In this document: positions 32,101 through 42,500 of the stretch, one piece after another | How positions within the stretch are numbered: position 1 is the first letter of the stretch | Layout: each line of letters begins with the position of its first letter | Source of the DNA: an uncultured bacterium | GTDB lineage: Bacteria; Acidobacteriota; Thermoanaerobaculia; Multivoradales; J023 | Assembly (NCBI GenBank): GCA_965371445.1 | Contig: CBDUYN010000036.1 | Location: 100 to 64,099, forward strand | Length of the DNA stretch: 64,000 nucleotides | Reading direction: 5' to 3' | Notes under the pieces: generated by a model | What the model was told of the DNA's origin: nothing | The model's input: only the letters and a program-made list of their open reading frames with translations | Database searches by the model: none | Program-made: the position numbers and the translations under genes

Positions 32101-35100
32101 TCCGCCGTCGTCCAGCACCAGGTAGCCGGAGGCGCCGCCGCCGCCGCGTGGCAGCCGGGAGGTCTTCCAGACGGGTTGGAAGAGCCACTCCTCGGGACGG
32201 CGGCCGGCCGTCAGGCCACCCCGCCCGGCCGCGCCGGCACCGGGCTCCACCCAATGACGCCGGCGCTCGAAGGGATAGGTGGGAAGCGAGATCCGCCGGC
32301 GCCGCGCGTCCCCGTGGACGGCGGCCCAGTCGGGCGAAAGCCTCGCCAGCCACAGCTCCCCCAGGGCCGCCAGCACCGCCTCGTAGGCCGAGCGCTCCTC
32401 CTTCGGAGAAGGAAGCGAGGCGATCAGCGAGCGGCCGTGCCGGGGCTCGAGGTGACGCTGGGCCAGGGTCGTCAAGGTCTTGCCGGGACCCACTTCGAGC
32501 AAGACCGCGGCGGCGTTGCCCAGGATCTCGCCGGCACCGTCGGAAAAACGCACCGCTTGCCGGAGCTGGGCGCCCCAGTACCGCGGATCGACGGCCTGCT
32601 CGGCGGTGATCCAGGTACCCGTGAGGCAGGAGATAAAGGGAATCCTGGGCGGGCGGCGCTCGACGCCCTCCAGGCAGCGGACGAAAGGTTCGACCGCCGG
32701 TTCGAGCCGGGCGGAGTGGAAGGCGTGGGAGGTGTGGAGGCGCCTCGCGTCGACGCCGTCGGCCGCCAGCTCCGCCGCCAGCTCCGCCACCGTCTCCCGC
32801 GCCCCGGAGACCACCACGCGATCGGCGGCGTTGACCGCGGCGAGCCAGAGCTCCCGACCTTCCAGCCGGGCGAGCACCTCCTCCTCCGCCAGGGGGACGG
32901 CGAGCATCTCGCCGCCGGGTAGCTCCTGGATCAACCGCCCCCGCTCGGCCACCAGGGCGAGGGCGTCCTCGAGCGAGAAGACGCCGGCCAGGCAGGCGGC
33001 GACGTACTCGCCCACCGAATGACCGATCATCGCTTGCGGCTTCAAGCCCCAGGCCGTCCAGGTGCGCGCCAGAGCGTATTCGACGGCGAAAAGCGCCGGC
33101 TGGGTGAAGCGGGTCTCGGCGAGCCGTCGGCTCGCCTCCTCCGTCACCTCCGCGGGATGGATCAGCTCGCGCAGGTCCGTCGCCAGGTGCGGCGAGAGGA
33201 TCTCGGCGCAGCGGTCGAGCTCGCGCCGGAAGGCCGGCTCGCTCTCGTAGAGCTCCCGACCCATGCCGGGATGCTGGCTCCCCTGGCCGGGGAAGAGGAA
33301 GACGAGCTGGCGACGGCCCTCCTTGTGGGCGGCGCTCCGCACCCGGCCGGGCTCGCCGCTACGCCGGCCGCCGGCACGCAGCAGGCGCGCCGCTTCGGCC
33401 GCGTTGGCCGCGACCAGGAAGCGGCGGTGCTCCAGCTCGCAGCGGCCCACCTGGAGGGTGAAGGCCACGTCGTCCAGGTTCAGCTCCTGCTCCGCGAGGG
33501 CGTGAGCCAACCGGTCGGTGGCGGCTTCCAGGGCGGTCGCGGTATGTCCCGAGAGCACCAGCAACTGAAGCTCTCCCGACGCCTCGGACGGCGACGGCGA
33601 CGGGGCTTGCTCCAACACGGCGTGGGCGTTGGTTCCGCCGATGCCCAGCGAGGTGACCCCGGCCCGGCGGGGAGAGTCCCCGACCGCCGGGAAGTCGGCC
33701 AACTCGGTGTTGACGTAGAAGGGACCGCTGGTGAAGTCGATCTCCGGATTGGGCTCCTCGAAGTGGAGGCTCGGCGGGATCTTGCCGTGCCGCAGGGCGA
33801 GGACGGTCTTGATCAGGCCGGTGACTCCGGCCGCCCGGTCCAGGTGGCCGACGTTGGTCTTCACCGAGCCGACGGCGCAGGAACGGGGCCGGCCGGCCGG
33901 AAACGCCCGAGCGAGCGCCGCCATCTCCACCGGGTCTCCCAGCCCGGTGCCGGAGCCGTGGGCCTCGACGTAGGTCACCGTCCTCGGATCGACGCCGGAG
34001 ACCTCCAGGGCGTCGGCCACCACCATGGACTGCCCCTCGATGCTGGCCGCCGAATACCCCGCCTTGAGCGAACCGTCGTTGTTGACCGCCGTGCCCTTGA
34101 TCACCGCGTAGACCTGGTCGCCCTCGGCGAGGGCGTCCTCCAGGGGTTTCAACACCACCAACCCGGCGCCGTTGCCGAACACCATACCCGTGGCCTTGGC
34201 GTCGAAGGCCCGGACGTGCCCGTCGCGGGAGTTGATCCCCCCCTCCTGGTGACGGTAGCCGCTGACCTGGGGGACGATGATCGAGATGCCGCCCGCCAGC
34301 GCCATGTCGGCCTCTCCGGTCCACAAGCCCTGACAGGCCATGTGGACCGCCACCAGAGACGTCGAGCAGAAGGTCTGGACGGCGACGCTCGGCCCCCGCA
34401 GGTTCAGCTTGTAGGAGACCCGGGTGGTCAGCGAGTCCTTCTCGTTGCCGACCAGGATCTGGAACGTGTCCACCGACTTCAAAAGCTCTGGATCGGAGTA
34501 GAGGCCCTGCATGTAGGAGCTGATGCTGGCGCCGGCGTAGACACCCACCCGCCCGGGGTAACGCTGGGTGTCGTAGCCGGCGTCCTCGAAGGCCTCCCAG
34601 GCGCATTCCAGAAACAGGCGGTGCTGTGGATCCATGATCTCCGCTTCGCGGGGCGAATAGCCGAACAGCTCGGCGTCGAAAAGCTCGATGTCCTCGAGGA
34701 TCGGCCGCGCCTTGACGTAGGACGGATCACAAAGCACCTCGGGATCCGCTCCGGCGGCCAGGAGCTCCTCGTCGGTGAAAAAAGAGATCGTCTCGCGCCC
34801 GGCGCAGAGGTTCTCCCAGAAGGCCGAGACCGACCCTGCCCCTGGGAAACGGCCGCTCATCCCGATGACAGCAAGGTCACGGCGCTCCCCGGCGCCGCGC
34901 CGCGCCGCTTTGACGGCCGGTGCCTCGACGGCCGCCGTCCCTTCGCCAGGCGACGGCTCGCCGCTCAGGTGTTGCGCCATGGCGCTCACCGTAGGCGCCT
35001 CGAAAAGCGCCACCGGGGCGATCTGAACCTCGAGCTCCCGGCTCAGCTCGCCGACGAGTTGCATGGCGAGGAGCGAATTGCCCCCGAGGTCGAAGAAGTT

Positions 35101-38100
35101 CTCCTCGTGGCCCACGTCTTCGGTACCGAGGATCCGGCCCCAGGTTTCGGCGATCCGGCGCTCGAGCGCGCCGATGTCCAAGAGGTCCTCCGTCCGGCGC
35201 AGGGCGGTCCCGGCGGCCGAGGCCGCGTCGCGCAAGGTTTGCATCGTCACCCACTGCTCGATGCGCGGCTCGAGCGCGCCGGTCGAGATCACCAGGTGGC
35301 GCGGCTCCTCGAGAGCCAGCAGCCGTCGCAGGGTCTCGATCCCCTCCGACGGCGCCATCGCCAGCTCGCTCAAGGTCGTGCCGAGGCCGCCGCGAGCCGC
35401 TTCGTCTTCCTCGTAGTGCCAGCTGTCCCAGTCGACGCTCTGCCAGGCCGTGGCGGCCTCGCGGTTGTGGCGCGCGGCAAAGAAGCCCATAAAGAGGTTG
35501 GCGGCGGCGTAGCCGACGTAGCCCAGACCGCCGAGAATCGTCGACAGCGAGGAGTAGAGGGTGCAGAAGTCGAGGTCGATCCCCTCGAGGACCCGTTCCA
35601 GCACGTAGAGGCCGTAGACCTTCGGAACGAAGTGCCGCTCGCACTCCTCGCGGCCGGTCGACGCGACGGTCTTGAACGAATCCTGGGCCAGCACACCGGC
35701 AGCGTGGACGACGCCGTGGAGGGTGCCGAAACGTTCCCGGGCCTTGTCGACCACGGCGCGCATCGCCGCCTCGTCGGCGACGTCGGCGGCGGCGGCGAGC
35801 ACCTCGGCGCCGGCCTCCTCGAGGAGGCGTACCTGCTCGACGGCGTGGCGCGTGCGTTCGTCCGCGTCGCCGCCGGCGAGGATAGCGTCCCATTCCTCGC
35901 GCTTCGGCAGCGGCGTGCGCCGGGTGAGCACCAGCTTCGCCCGGTGCTCCCTCGCCAGGTGTCCGGCAAGGGCCAAGCCGATCCCCCCGAGGCCGCCGAG
36001 GATCAGGTAGACGCCGTCGTCGCGGAAGTGAAACCTGTCCTCTGCCGGCGGCATTGCCAGGCGCTCGAAGCTCCGGACGAGGCGCTCGGCGCCGCGGTGG
36101 GCGACGACCGGCTCGGCCTCCGGCGAGCCGAGCTCCGCGGCGAGACGGCGTGCCAGGCTTTCCGCATCGACGCCGTCCTCGCCGGCGGTGTGCGGCGCCA
36201 CCTCAATGTCGATGACCCGGCAGAGGATCTGCGGGTGCTCCTGCGGGATCACCACCGCCGCTCCGAGGACGCTCGAACGCTCGGGCACCAGGGGCTCGTC
36301 TCCGGTGACCTCCTGAACGCCGCTCGTGACCACGTCGATCTCCAAGGCGCCGGCCGCCGGCCGCCGGGACAGGGCTTTGACCAGGGCGATCAGACTGTAG
36401 AAGCCAAGCTCCTGGGCGGCGCGGAAGGCCGCCTCGTCTCCGGGGACCGGCGGCGTCGGCGCCACGTTCCACAGGTGGAGCACGCGGGCGAGCCGCGGGC
36501 CTCCGGCGAGCTCGCCGAGCAGCGCCTCGTAGTCCTCGGCGTGGCCGGGACGAAGCTTGAAGCGCCCATCCTCGCTCCGGGCGAAAGCGTCGCCGGGAAC
36601 GGCCACTGCCACCTGGGCGACGTCGAGCTCCCGGACGAGGGCGTCGGCGACGCCGAGGGCGTCGGCGAGCACCAGGCAAAGCTCGTCCGTTTTTGCCGCC
36701 GGCGCTGCGGGCCAGGGACAGGAAGCCCAACGCGGTTGGTAAAGCCACTCCTCGAGGTCGGCGACCTTCCGCGGCGCTGCCGGCGCCTTGACAACCTCGC
36801 GGCCCGACGTACGCGCCAGGGTCGCCTCGTCGGGATCGATCCAGTGGCGACGCCGTTCGAAGGGGTAGGTCGGCAGCGTCACCCGGCGACGGCGCTCGCC
36901 CTCCCAGGACGCCGCCCAGTCGACTTCGACGCCGGCGAGCCACGTCTCGCCGACGGCGCCGAGAAAAGCGGCGACGGCGCTCGAGCGGTCGTGGCGGCCG
37001 CGCATCGCGGCGACGACCGGACGCGTCTTGCCGCATTCGGGATGGAGGCGGGCGAACGACGCCAGGCTCTGGCCAGGTCCCACCTCGAGGAGGACGCGCT
37101 CGCCGCCCTCGGCGAGCAGCGTCCCCACCCCGTCCGCGAAGCGCACCGGGGCGCACATGTGACGCGCCCAATACGACGGATCGACCGCCTCCTCGGGGGT
37201 GATCCGCTCGCCAGTGACGTTCGACACCCAGGGGATCTCGGGCCGGCTCAAGGTGAAGGAGCGGGCGAGCTCGGTGAGCTCGGCTGCCGCCGGCTCGAGC
37301 ATCGCCGAGTGAAACGCGTGGGTAGTGGCGAGGCGCCGGTGGACGACGCCGTCTTCGTCGAGGGCCGCCTCGAGAGCCGCCATCGCCTCTTCGGGGCCGG
37401 CGGCGACGCAGCCGGTCACACCGTTGACCGCCGCCAGCGACAGGCCGTGGCTTTGGAGGCGGGGCGTAAGCTCCGCCTCGCCCTGGGTGACGGCGAGCAT
37501 CGCGCCGCCCGGCAGGGCGTCGATGAGCTGCGCCCGGCGCGCCACCAGGGTGAGGGCGTCCTCAAAAGAGAGGGTACCGCCCAGGCAGGCGCAGACGTAC
37601 TCGCCGAGGCTGTAGCCGATCGTCGCCTGCGGCCGGACGCCGCGGTGGCGAAAGAGCTCGGCCAAGGCCAGCTCGACGGCAAAGGTCGCCGGCTGGGCGA
37701 AGACCGTGCGGTCGAGACGCCGGCTCGCGGCGTCGGCCACGGCGCCGCCGCGGCCGAGCATCGCCTTCAGGTCGATCCCGCCGCCGCCCGCCTCTTCGGC
37801 CTCGGTGCCGCGCGGGTAGATCACTTCGCGCAGGTCGGTGCCGAGAAGCGGCGCGAGGTGCTCGGCGGCCCAGTCGAGGGCGGCCCGAAAGACCGGCTCC
37901 CGCTGGTAGAGGCCGAGGCCCATGTCGACGTATTGCTCGCCGAGGCCGGGAAAGAGGAAGACCGTCCGCCGCCTGGTGGTCGCGACCACGGCGCTCCTGT
38001 CGCGCTCAGCGCCGGCCTCGCCGTCGCCGGGCGCCAGAGCGGCGACGGCGGCGGCGAGGTCGCGGCAGACCACGGCGCGGCGGTGCTCGAAGGCCTTGCG

Positions 38101-39576
38101 GCCGACCTGAAGGGTATAAGCGACGTCGGCCAGCTCGAGCTCGCCGCGCTCGGCGAGGTGGCGGCCGAGGTTCTCGCCCATCGTGGCGAGGGCGCTCTCG
38201 GAACGCGCCGAGAGGAGCAGCTGCTGCCAGGGACGGCCCGGCACCGACGGCGACGGCGCCGGCGGCTCCTCGAGGATCATATGCGCGTTGGTCGAACCGA
38301 TGCCGAAAGAGCTCAACCCGGCGATCCGCTTCTTGCCCGCCGGCGGCTCCGGCCAAGGACGCAGCTCGGAGTTGACCACGAACGGGCTCGACGCGAAGTC
38401 GATCTTCGGGTTGGGCCGCTCGAAGTGGAGGCTCGGCGGCAGCTCCTTCGCCTCCAGGGCCGACGCCGTCTTGATCAGCCCGGCGACGCCGGCGGCGGTC
38501 TCCAGGTGCCCGACGTTGGTCTTGGCCGAGCCGATCGCGCAGTAGCCGGTGCGCTTCGTCGAGGCCCGGAAAGCCTCGGTCAGGGCCAACATCTCGATCG
38601 AGTCGCCCAGGTCGGTGGCGGTGCCGTGGGCCTCGACGTAGGAGACGTCGTCGGCCTCGACCCCGGCCACCGCCATCGCCTCCAGCAGCACCGCGGTCTG
38701 GCCCTCCACCCCCGGCGCCGTGAAGCTCGCCTTGCGGGCGCCGTCGTTGTTGGTCGCCGAGCCGCGGATCACCGCTTGGATCGGGTCGCCGTCGGCGAGC
38801 GCGTCGTCGAGGCGTTTCAGGAGCACTGCCCCGGCGCCGTTGCCGAAGTTCGAGCCCGCCGCCGCCTCGTCAAAAGTCCGGCAGCTGCCGTCGGGCGAGA
38901 GGATTCCACCCTTCTGGTAGGGATAGCCGCGGCGCTGCGGCACGTTGATCGCCGCGCCGCCCGCCACCGCCATCCTGCACTCGTCGAGCAACAGGCTCTG
39001 GCAGGCCAGGTGCACTGCCACCAGCGATGTCGAGCAGGCTGTGTGCAGCGCATAGCTCGGGCCGCGCAGGTCGAGCTTGTAGGAGACCCGCGTCGCCATC
39101 ATCGCGAGATCGCTGCCCAGGGCGATCTGGAAGTTGTCGAGCGACGGGAAGCGCCCGCGCTGGGCGACGACGTTGAAAAGGTAGGTGTTGGTCTTGGCGC
39201 CGGTAAAGACACCTACCGGGTGCGCATAGGCCTCCGGATGGTAGCCCGCCCGCTCGAAGACCTCCCAGGCGCATTCCAGGAAGAGGCGGTGCTGGGGGTC
39301 CATGATCGTCGCCTCGAGCGGCGTGTAGCCGAAAAACGAGGCGTCGAAATCCTCAATGTCGTCGACCACCGAGACCCGGCGTACGTAGGCCGGATCCTGG
39401 ATCTGCTCGGCCGGCACCCCGGCGGCGCGCAGCTCCTCGTCGGTGAGCTCAACAAGCGACTCGACCCCGTCGCGCAGGTTACGCCAGAACTGCTCGGGGG
39501 TCGAGGCGCCGGGAAAGCGGCAAGCCATGCCGACGATGGCGATCTCGGAGCCGGTGTACGTGTCGCCTTGAGCCAT
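29158..39576 (-). CDS. Type I polyketide synthase, two modules: KS-AT-KR-T-KS-AT-[KR-like N part]-MT-[KR-like C part]-T
   Basis: 3472-aa ORF with ATG at 39576. KS1: HTACSTSLVAVH, EAHGTATDLGD, KTNVGHLETAAG. AT1: FLFPGLGEQY, IGYSLGEY, THAFHS. KR1: LGGLGGIGLA ... GYAAANLF. T1: ENFFDLGGNSLLAMQ. KS2: TFCSTSLVAVH, EAHGSGTGLGD, KTNVGHLDRAAG. AT2: FLFPGQGSQH, GHSVGEY, SHAFHS. MT: LRVLEFGAGDGNLT ... WGLAEGWWLYADEIR. T2: DNFFEVGGDSLIATQ. Confidence 0.93.
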   Translation of the reverse strand: MAQGDTYTGSEIAIVGMACRFPGASTPEQFWRNLRDGVESLVELTDEELRAAGVPAEQIQDPAYVRRVSVVDDIEDFDASFFGYTPLEATIMDPQHRLFLECAWEVFERAGYHPEAYAHPVGVFTGAKTNTYLFNVVAQRGRFPSLDNFQIALGSDLAMMATRVSYKLDLRGPSYALHTACSTSLVAVHLACQSLLLDECRMAVAGGAAINVPQRRGYPYQKGGILSPDGSCRTFDEAAAGSNFGNGAGAVLLKRLDDALADGDPIQAVIRGSATNNDGARKASFTAPGVEGQTAVLLEAMAVAGVEADDVSYVEAHGTATDLGDSIEMLALTEAFRASTKRTGYCAIGSAKTNVGHLETAAGVAGLIKTASALEAKELPPSLHFERPNPKIDFASSPFVVNSELRPWPEPPAGKKRIAGLSSFGIGSTNAHMILEEPPAPSPSVPGRPWQQLLLSARSESALATMGENLGRHLAERGELELADVAYTLQVGRKAFEHRRAVVCRDLAAAVAALAPGDGEAGAERDRSAVVATTRRRTVFLFPGLGEQYVDMGLGLYQREPVFRAALDWAAEHLAPLLGTDLREVIYPRGTEAEEAGGGGIDLKAMLGRGGAVADAASRRLDRTVFAQPATFAVELALAELFRHRGVRPQATIGYSLGEYVCACLGGTLSFEDALTLVARRAQLIDALPGGAMLAVTQGEAELTPRLQSHGLSLAAVNGVTGCVAAGPEEAMAALEAALDEDGVVHRRLATTHAFHSAMLEPAAAELTELARSFTLSRPEIPWVSNVTGERITPEEAVDPSYWARHMCAPVRFADGVGTLLAEGGERVLLEVGPGQSLASFARLHPECGKTRPVVAAMRGRHDRSSAVAAFLGAVGETWLAGVEVDWAASWEGERRRRVTLPTYPFERRRHWIDPDEATLARTSGREVVKAPAAPRKVADLEEWLYQPRWASCPWPAAPAAKTDELCLVLADALGVADALVRELDVAQVAVAVPGDAFARSEDGRFKLRPGHAEDYEALLGELAGGPRLARVLHLWNVAPTPPVPGDEAAFRAAQELGFYSLIALVKALSRRPAAGALEIDVVTSGVQEVTGDEPLVPERSSVLGAAVVIPQEHPQILCRVIDIEVAPHTAGEDGVDAESLARRLAAELGSPEAEPVVAHRGAERLVRSFERLAMPPAEDRFHFRDDGVYLILGGLGGIGLALAGHLAREHRAKLVLTRRTPLPKREEWDAILAGGDADERTRHAVEQVRLLEEAGAEVLAAAADVADEAAMRAVVDKARERFGTLHGVVHAAGVLAQDSFKTVASTGREECERHFVPKVYGLYVLERVLEGIDLDFCTLYSSLSTILGGLGYVGYAAANLFMGFFAARHNREAATAWQSVDWDSWHYEEDEAARGGLGTTLSELAMAPSEGIETLRRLLALEEPRHLVISTGALEPRIEQWVTMQTLRDAASAAGTALRRTEDLLDIGALERRIAETWGRILGTEDVGHEENFFDLGGNSLLAMQLVGELSRELEVQIAPVALFEAPTVSAMAQHLSGEPSPGEGTAAVEAPAVKAARRGAGERRDLAVIGMSGRFPGAGSVSAFWENLCAGRETISFFTDEELLAAGADPEVLCDPSYVKARPILEDIELFDAELFGYSPREAEIMDPQHRLFLECAWEAFEDAGYDTQRYPGRVGVYAGASISSYMQGLYSDPELLKSVDTFQILVGNEKDSLTTRVSYKLNLRGPSVAVQTFCSTSLVAVHMACQGLWTGEADMALAGGISIIVPQVSGYRHQEGGINSRDGHVRAFDAKATGMVFGNGAGLVVLKPLEDALAEGDQVYAVIKGTAVNNDGSLKAGYSAASIEGQSMVVADALEVSGVDPRTVTYVEAHGSGTGLGDPVEMAALARAFPAGRPRSCAVGSVKTNVGHLDRAAGVTGLIKTVLALRHGKIPPSLHFEEPNPEIDFTSGPFYVNTELADFPAVGDSPRRAGVTSLGIGGTNAHAVLEQAPSPSPSEASGELQLLVLSGHTATALEAATDRLAHALAEQELNLDDVAFTLQVGRCELEHRRFLVAANAAEAARLLRAGGRRSGEPGRVRSAAHKEGRRQLVFLFPGQGSQHPGMGRELYESEPAFRRELDRCAEILSPHLATDLRELIHPAEVTEEASRRLAETRFTQPALFAVEYALARTWTAWGLKPQAMIGHSVGEYVAACLAGVFSLEDALALVAERGRLIQELPGGEMLAVPLAEEEVLARLEGRELWLAAVNAADRVVVSGARETVAELAAELAADGVDARRLHTSHAFHSARLEPAVEPFVRCLEGVERRPPRIPFISCLTGTWITAEQAVDPRYWGAQLRQAVRFSDGAGEILGNAAAVLLEVGPGKTLTTLAQRHLEPRHGRSLIASLPSPKEERSAYEAVLAALGELWLARLSPDWAAVHGDARRRRISLPTYPFERRRHWVEPGAGAAGRGGLTAGRRPEEWLFQPVWKTSRLPRGGGGASGYLVLDDGGPLAEALEHRLAGAGRVVRRAGPAEAEDAEKLLDSLPGLPEVILDLRRLDTDAEAAEDFEPLLRFARALDRRADAPLALWVLTDGLHEVLVQEMPRPGAAVLPAVCRSLTRGTAHVVCRHLDLYATSEAASLPRLSAQVAAEVDAAPQELTVAYRGGRRFLPAVEAAAGDPASGDPAGETDAGLPAGTWLLTGGLSEPGFSLAQALSYGDGAAGDGVRRLVLLESEALPPRQEWPVLLEEKPPSSEEMSAFLAQLAADAAGIDMSRAEISVRMERLAETVERQSVPEDFETLADALCAAWSYHFFAEHADARPGLCTTRGELMEKLSVVPRFERFFDYLLYVLCRAGIVALDDDGVTFRELPEELSDPKALGELAKELHPDFAPGVDCVGHCATRYPEAFRGEVDPVSILFPGGSSEMLRQVMETQDRYSVNRIFYPVMVEVIREAAAGLSHRPLRVLEFGAGDGNLTWELAEALRGANVEYHMTDIGRAFVVAGQREAAARGLDFLRFGVLDVTRDPAAQGYERYGFDVLLAFDVVHATPDVAETMRNLRRLLAPGGWTMILEPTRDQHWISLIWGLAEGWWLYADEIRTLHPLLEPARWEELLAGLGFSYHGVFPLDAEERATVDHSLLVVQQDVDLRAGEYLETVVERWHERRRELAERVRKVGRLEAAGAEVEVWKSTAEEIPAAVGRARERWGRLRGVLHAAGAWNGAGLEDELDAAAYASVLASASATLSALEEGLADEEPEMKLLVSPLAAAGDELSGPANATDLYFAARASRGEGAAWRSLAWGVPIDGGTAGGGLARRGTNGGLPPHLGASALAAVLRAPELRRVLLTHQPAAAMAAAWNRLPTRRRPLEEALAIGGDEYVAPESEQEKGVAAIWEQVLGIARIGLHDNFFEVGGDSLIATQIHSRIVERFDVEMPVDKLFILATVEEQAREVAQIQTVREKEDHEEIMAVLAELSDDEVEETLLDLHATGD
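30250..31050 (-). other. SAM-dependent methyltransferase domain embedded in a split, degenerate KR-like region
   Basis: Motif I LRVLEFGAGDGNLT (about 30700-30745). FDVLLAFDVVHATPD. LLAPGGWTMILEPT. WGLAEGWWLYADEIR (about 30300-30400). Confidence 0.8.
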
Positions 39577-39598
39577 AATCTTCGTTTCCCTGTTTCCC

Positions 39599-42500
39599 TC
39601 AACCTGCCTTCTTGCGCGTCCGGCGACGCTTCAACATTTCCTGGCGGCGGTCCATGCTCTCGCGCCGCTCGGCGAGGTGGGCGGCGCGCTCGGCGTCGGC
39701 TTCGCCGGCATCCTGGGCCAGGAGCTCGGCCAGAGAGCGCACGGTCAACCGTTGATAGAGCTGGGCCACCGGGAGCTCGACCGCGAGCACCTCGCGCAGC
39801 CGGGCCGCCACTCGGACGGCGATGAACGAATCGCCGCCCAGCTCGAAGAAGTTGTCGTCGACGCCGATCGGCTCGAAGCCGAGAAAGTCCTGCCACACCT
39901 CCGCGATGCGCCGCTCGAGGTCACTGTCGGGGGCGGCATAGGGGGTCTGGAGCTCGGGGCGCGGATGGCGCTCCCCCGCCGGCGTGCCGGCCGCGGCCGG
40001 TACGGCGTGCGCCGCGATGCGGCGCCGGCGCTCGGCGAGGCGCGCTTCGAGGGCGCCGGTCGAGACCAGCACCAGCTCGGCGTCGAGCCCCAGGAGCCGC
40101 CGAAAGGCCTCCTCGCCCTGCCGCGGCGTCATGGCGAGCTCCGCCAGGTCGGGACGCAGCCCTGTGAGCTGCTCGTCCTCGTCCTCGAATTCCCACACGT
40201 CCCAGCCGACGCTCCTCCAGGGGATCGCCGCTCCCCGGCCGGAGCGCTCTTGGACGAAGGCGTCGAGGAAAGAGTTGGCCGAGGCATAGGCGCCGTAGGC
40301 CAGCCCGCCGAGGACCGAGGCCAGCGACGAGAGCAACAGGCAGAAGTCGAGCTGAGCTCCACGAGCCTGGAGCGCCGCCTCCAGGGCCAGGGCACCCTGG
40401 ACCTTGGGCCGGAAGTGAGCGGCGAGGTGCCCGGCGTCGATCTCGGCGAGCGAGCGGAAAGTCTCCTCGCCAGCGGTACCGGCGGTGTGGAGCAGGCCGT
40501 GGAGAGCGGCGAAACGCTCCTCGACCCCCTCCAGGGCCCCTTCCAGGGAAGCGGCGTCGGCGAGGTCGACGTCGAAGACCGCCACCTCGGCACCGAGCTC
40601 CTCGAGGGCCGCGACGCGGCGCCGGAGCGCCTCGTCGTCCCCCGCCTTCGCCGCCTCGAAAAGCGCCAGCCGAGCGCGCCAGGAGCGCGCCAGGTAGCGG
40701 GCGAAAGCGTAGCCGTTGCCCTGGAGCCCCCCGGTCAGCACGTAGACGCCGCCTTCGCGCAGCGGGACTGCCGGCGGCTCCTCGGTGCGCACCGGCTCGA
40801 AGGCCTCGACATAGCGCTGCCGGCCGCGCCAGGCGACGACCTCCTCGTCACCGCCCGCCGCCACCTCGGCGACGAGCCGTGCGGCCAGGGCGGCGGCGTC
40901 ACCCTCCAGGCCGGCCCCGGCGTCGAGGGCTCGGCAGCGGACCCCGGGAAGCTCCTCGGGCAGCACCCGGCAGAGTCCCAGGAGCGCCGCCCTCTCCGGC
41001 CGTAGCGGCTCGCCGGGGAGGAGTCGCTTCATGCCGCTCGCTACCACCAGCACGTCGACCCCGGCGGCCGGAACGGGAAGCGTGGCAAAGGCGCGGGCGA
41101 GGGCGAGGAGGCTCGCGAGGCCCTCGTCGCTCGCCGCCTCGAAGCCCGCGGCGCTCGCGAGAGGGGGCGCGTCGAGACCGCCGAGCCTCCAGGCGTGGAC
41201 CACCGCTCCCGGCAGCTCGCCGCCGGCGGCCAGCTCCTGGGCGAGCGCCTCCCAGGCGGCGGCGTCCGCCGGATCGACCGCGTAGGCGCCTTCGCCGCGG
41301 CGTTTAAGGCCTCCGCCGGCGCGGCCCGGCTCGACACGGACCACCCGGGCGGTGTTCTCGCCGAGGCGCTCGGCAAGCGCCGCCGCGAGCCCCGCGGAGC
41401 GCTCCAGGACCAGCCAGGTCGACGCCAGGGCCGCATCTGCCGGCGCCGGCGGGAGAAGCGACGGCTTCCACGACGGCAGGTAGAACCAGTCGGCGATCTC
41501 CGGCTGCTGGCGCAATGTCGCGGCGTCCGCCGCCGCGGCCATTTCGCCCGCCTCGATCCAATAACGCCGGCGCTCGAAGGGATAGGTCGGCAAAGCGACG
41601 CGCCGGCGCCGCTCGCCCGCATAGAGGGCCGCCGGATCGAGCTCGACGCCGGCCAGCCACAAGCGGCCGAGGCTCGCCAGCATGTGGGCCTGGTCTTCGC
41701 CGAGCCCCTCGGCGGCGTCTTGTGGGTGGCGCAGCGAGGAGAAGACGGGTTGCTCCGGGCGCCGCGACGGATGCCGCGACGCCAGGGTGGCGAGGGCCCG
41801 GCCCGGCCCCACTTCCAGGAGCACCCGCTCTTCCTCCGCGAGGAGGGTGGCCACGCCGTCGGCAAAACGGACCCCCTGGCGCAGATGGCGCGCCCAATAG
41901 GCCGGATCGGTGGCGTCCTCGGGGGAGATCCAGGTTCCGGTGACGTTGGAGACCCAGGGGATTTTGGGCGGATGCAGCTCGATCCGGCGGACCTCGGCGG
42001 TGAAAGCGTCGAGGATCGGATCCATCATCGGCGAGTGAAAGGCGTGCGAGGTATGGAGCCGGCGGCCCTCGACGCCGCGTCCTTCGAGCTTCTCGGCCAG
42101 GACGTCGATCGCCTCGACAGTGCCGGAAACGACGGTGCGCGACGGCTCGTTGGTCGCCGCGACCGCGAGGCGCGGATCGCCGGTGAGCTCCTCGGCGAGC
42201 TCCGCCCCGGCGAGCGGTACGGCGAGCATGGCGCCCGCCGGCAGCTCGTCCATGAGCCGGCCGCGCGCCGCGACGAGCGCCAGGGCGTCGTCGAGCCGGA
42301 GCGTCCCGGCCAGGCACGCCGCCACGTATTCGCCGATCGAATGGCCGAGCATCGCCTGGGGCACGACACCCCAACTCTTCCAGAGCTCGGCCAAGGCGTG
42401 CCCGAGGACGAAGAGAGCCGGCTGCGTGAAACGCGTCCGGGCGAGCTTCGCCGCCGCCTCTTCGGCCTCGCCGTCCTCCGGCCACAGGATCCGCCGCAGA

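Noticed and set aside
33019-39825. Very long plus-strand ORFs across the cluster. Examples: 33019..39825 (2268 aa), 13464..17861 (1465 aa), 47287..51021, 9840..13265, 41195..44401, 52669..55185, 1463..3178, 3200..4615, 4733..6292.
   Set aside because: They are antisense to minus-strand genes that carry unambiguous NRPS/PKS motifs. Their translations are low-complexity Arg/Gly/Pro/Ala/Leu-rich strings with no recognisable domain. Long stop-free antisense frames are expected at about 70% GC.
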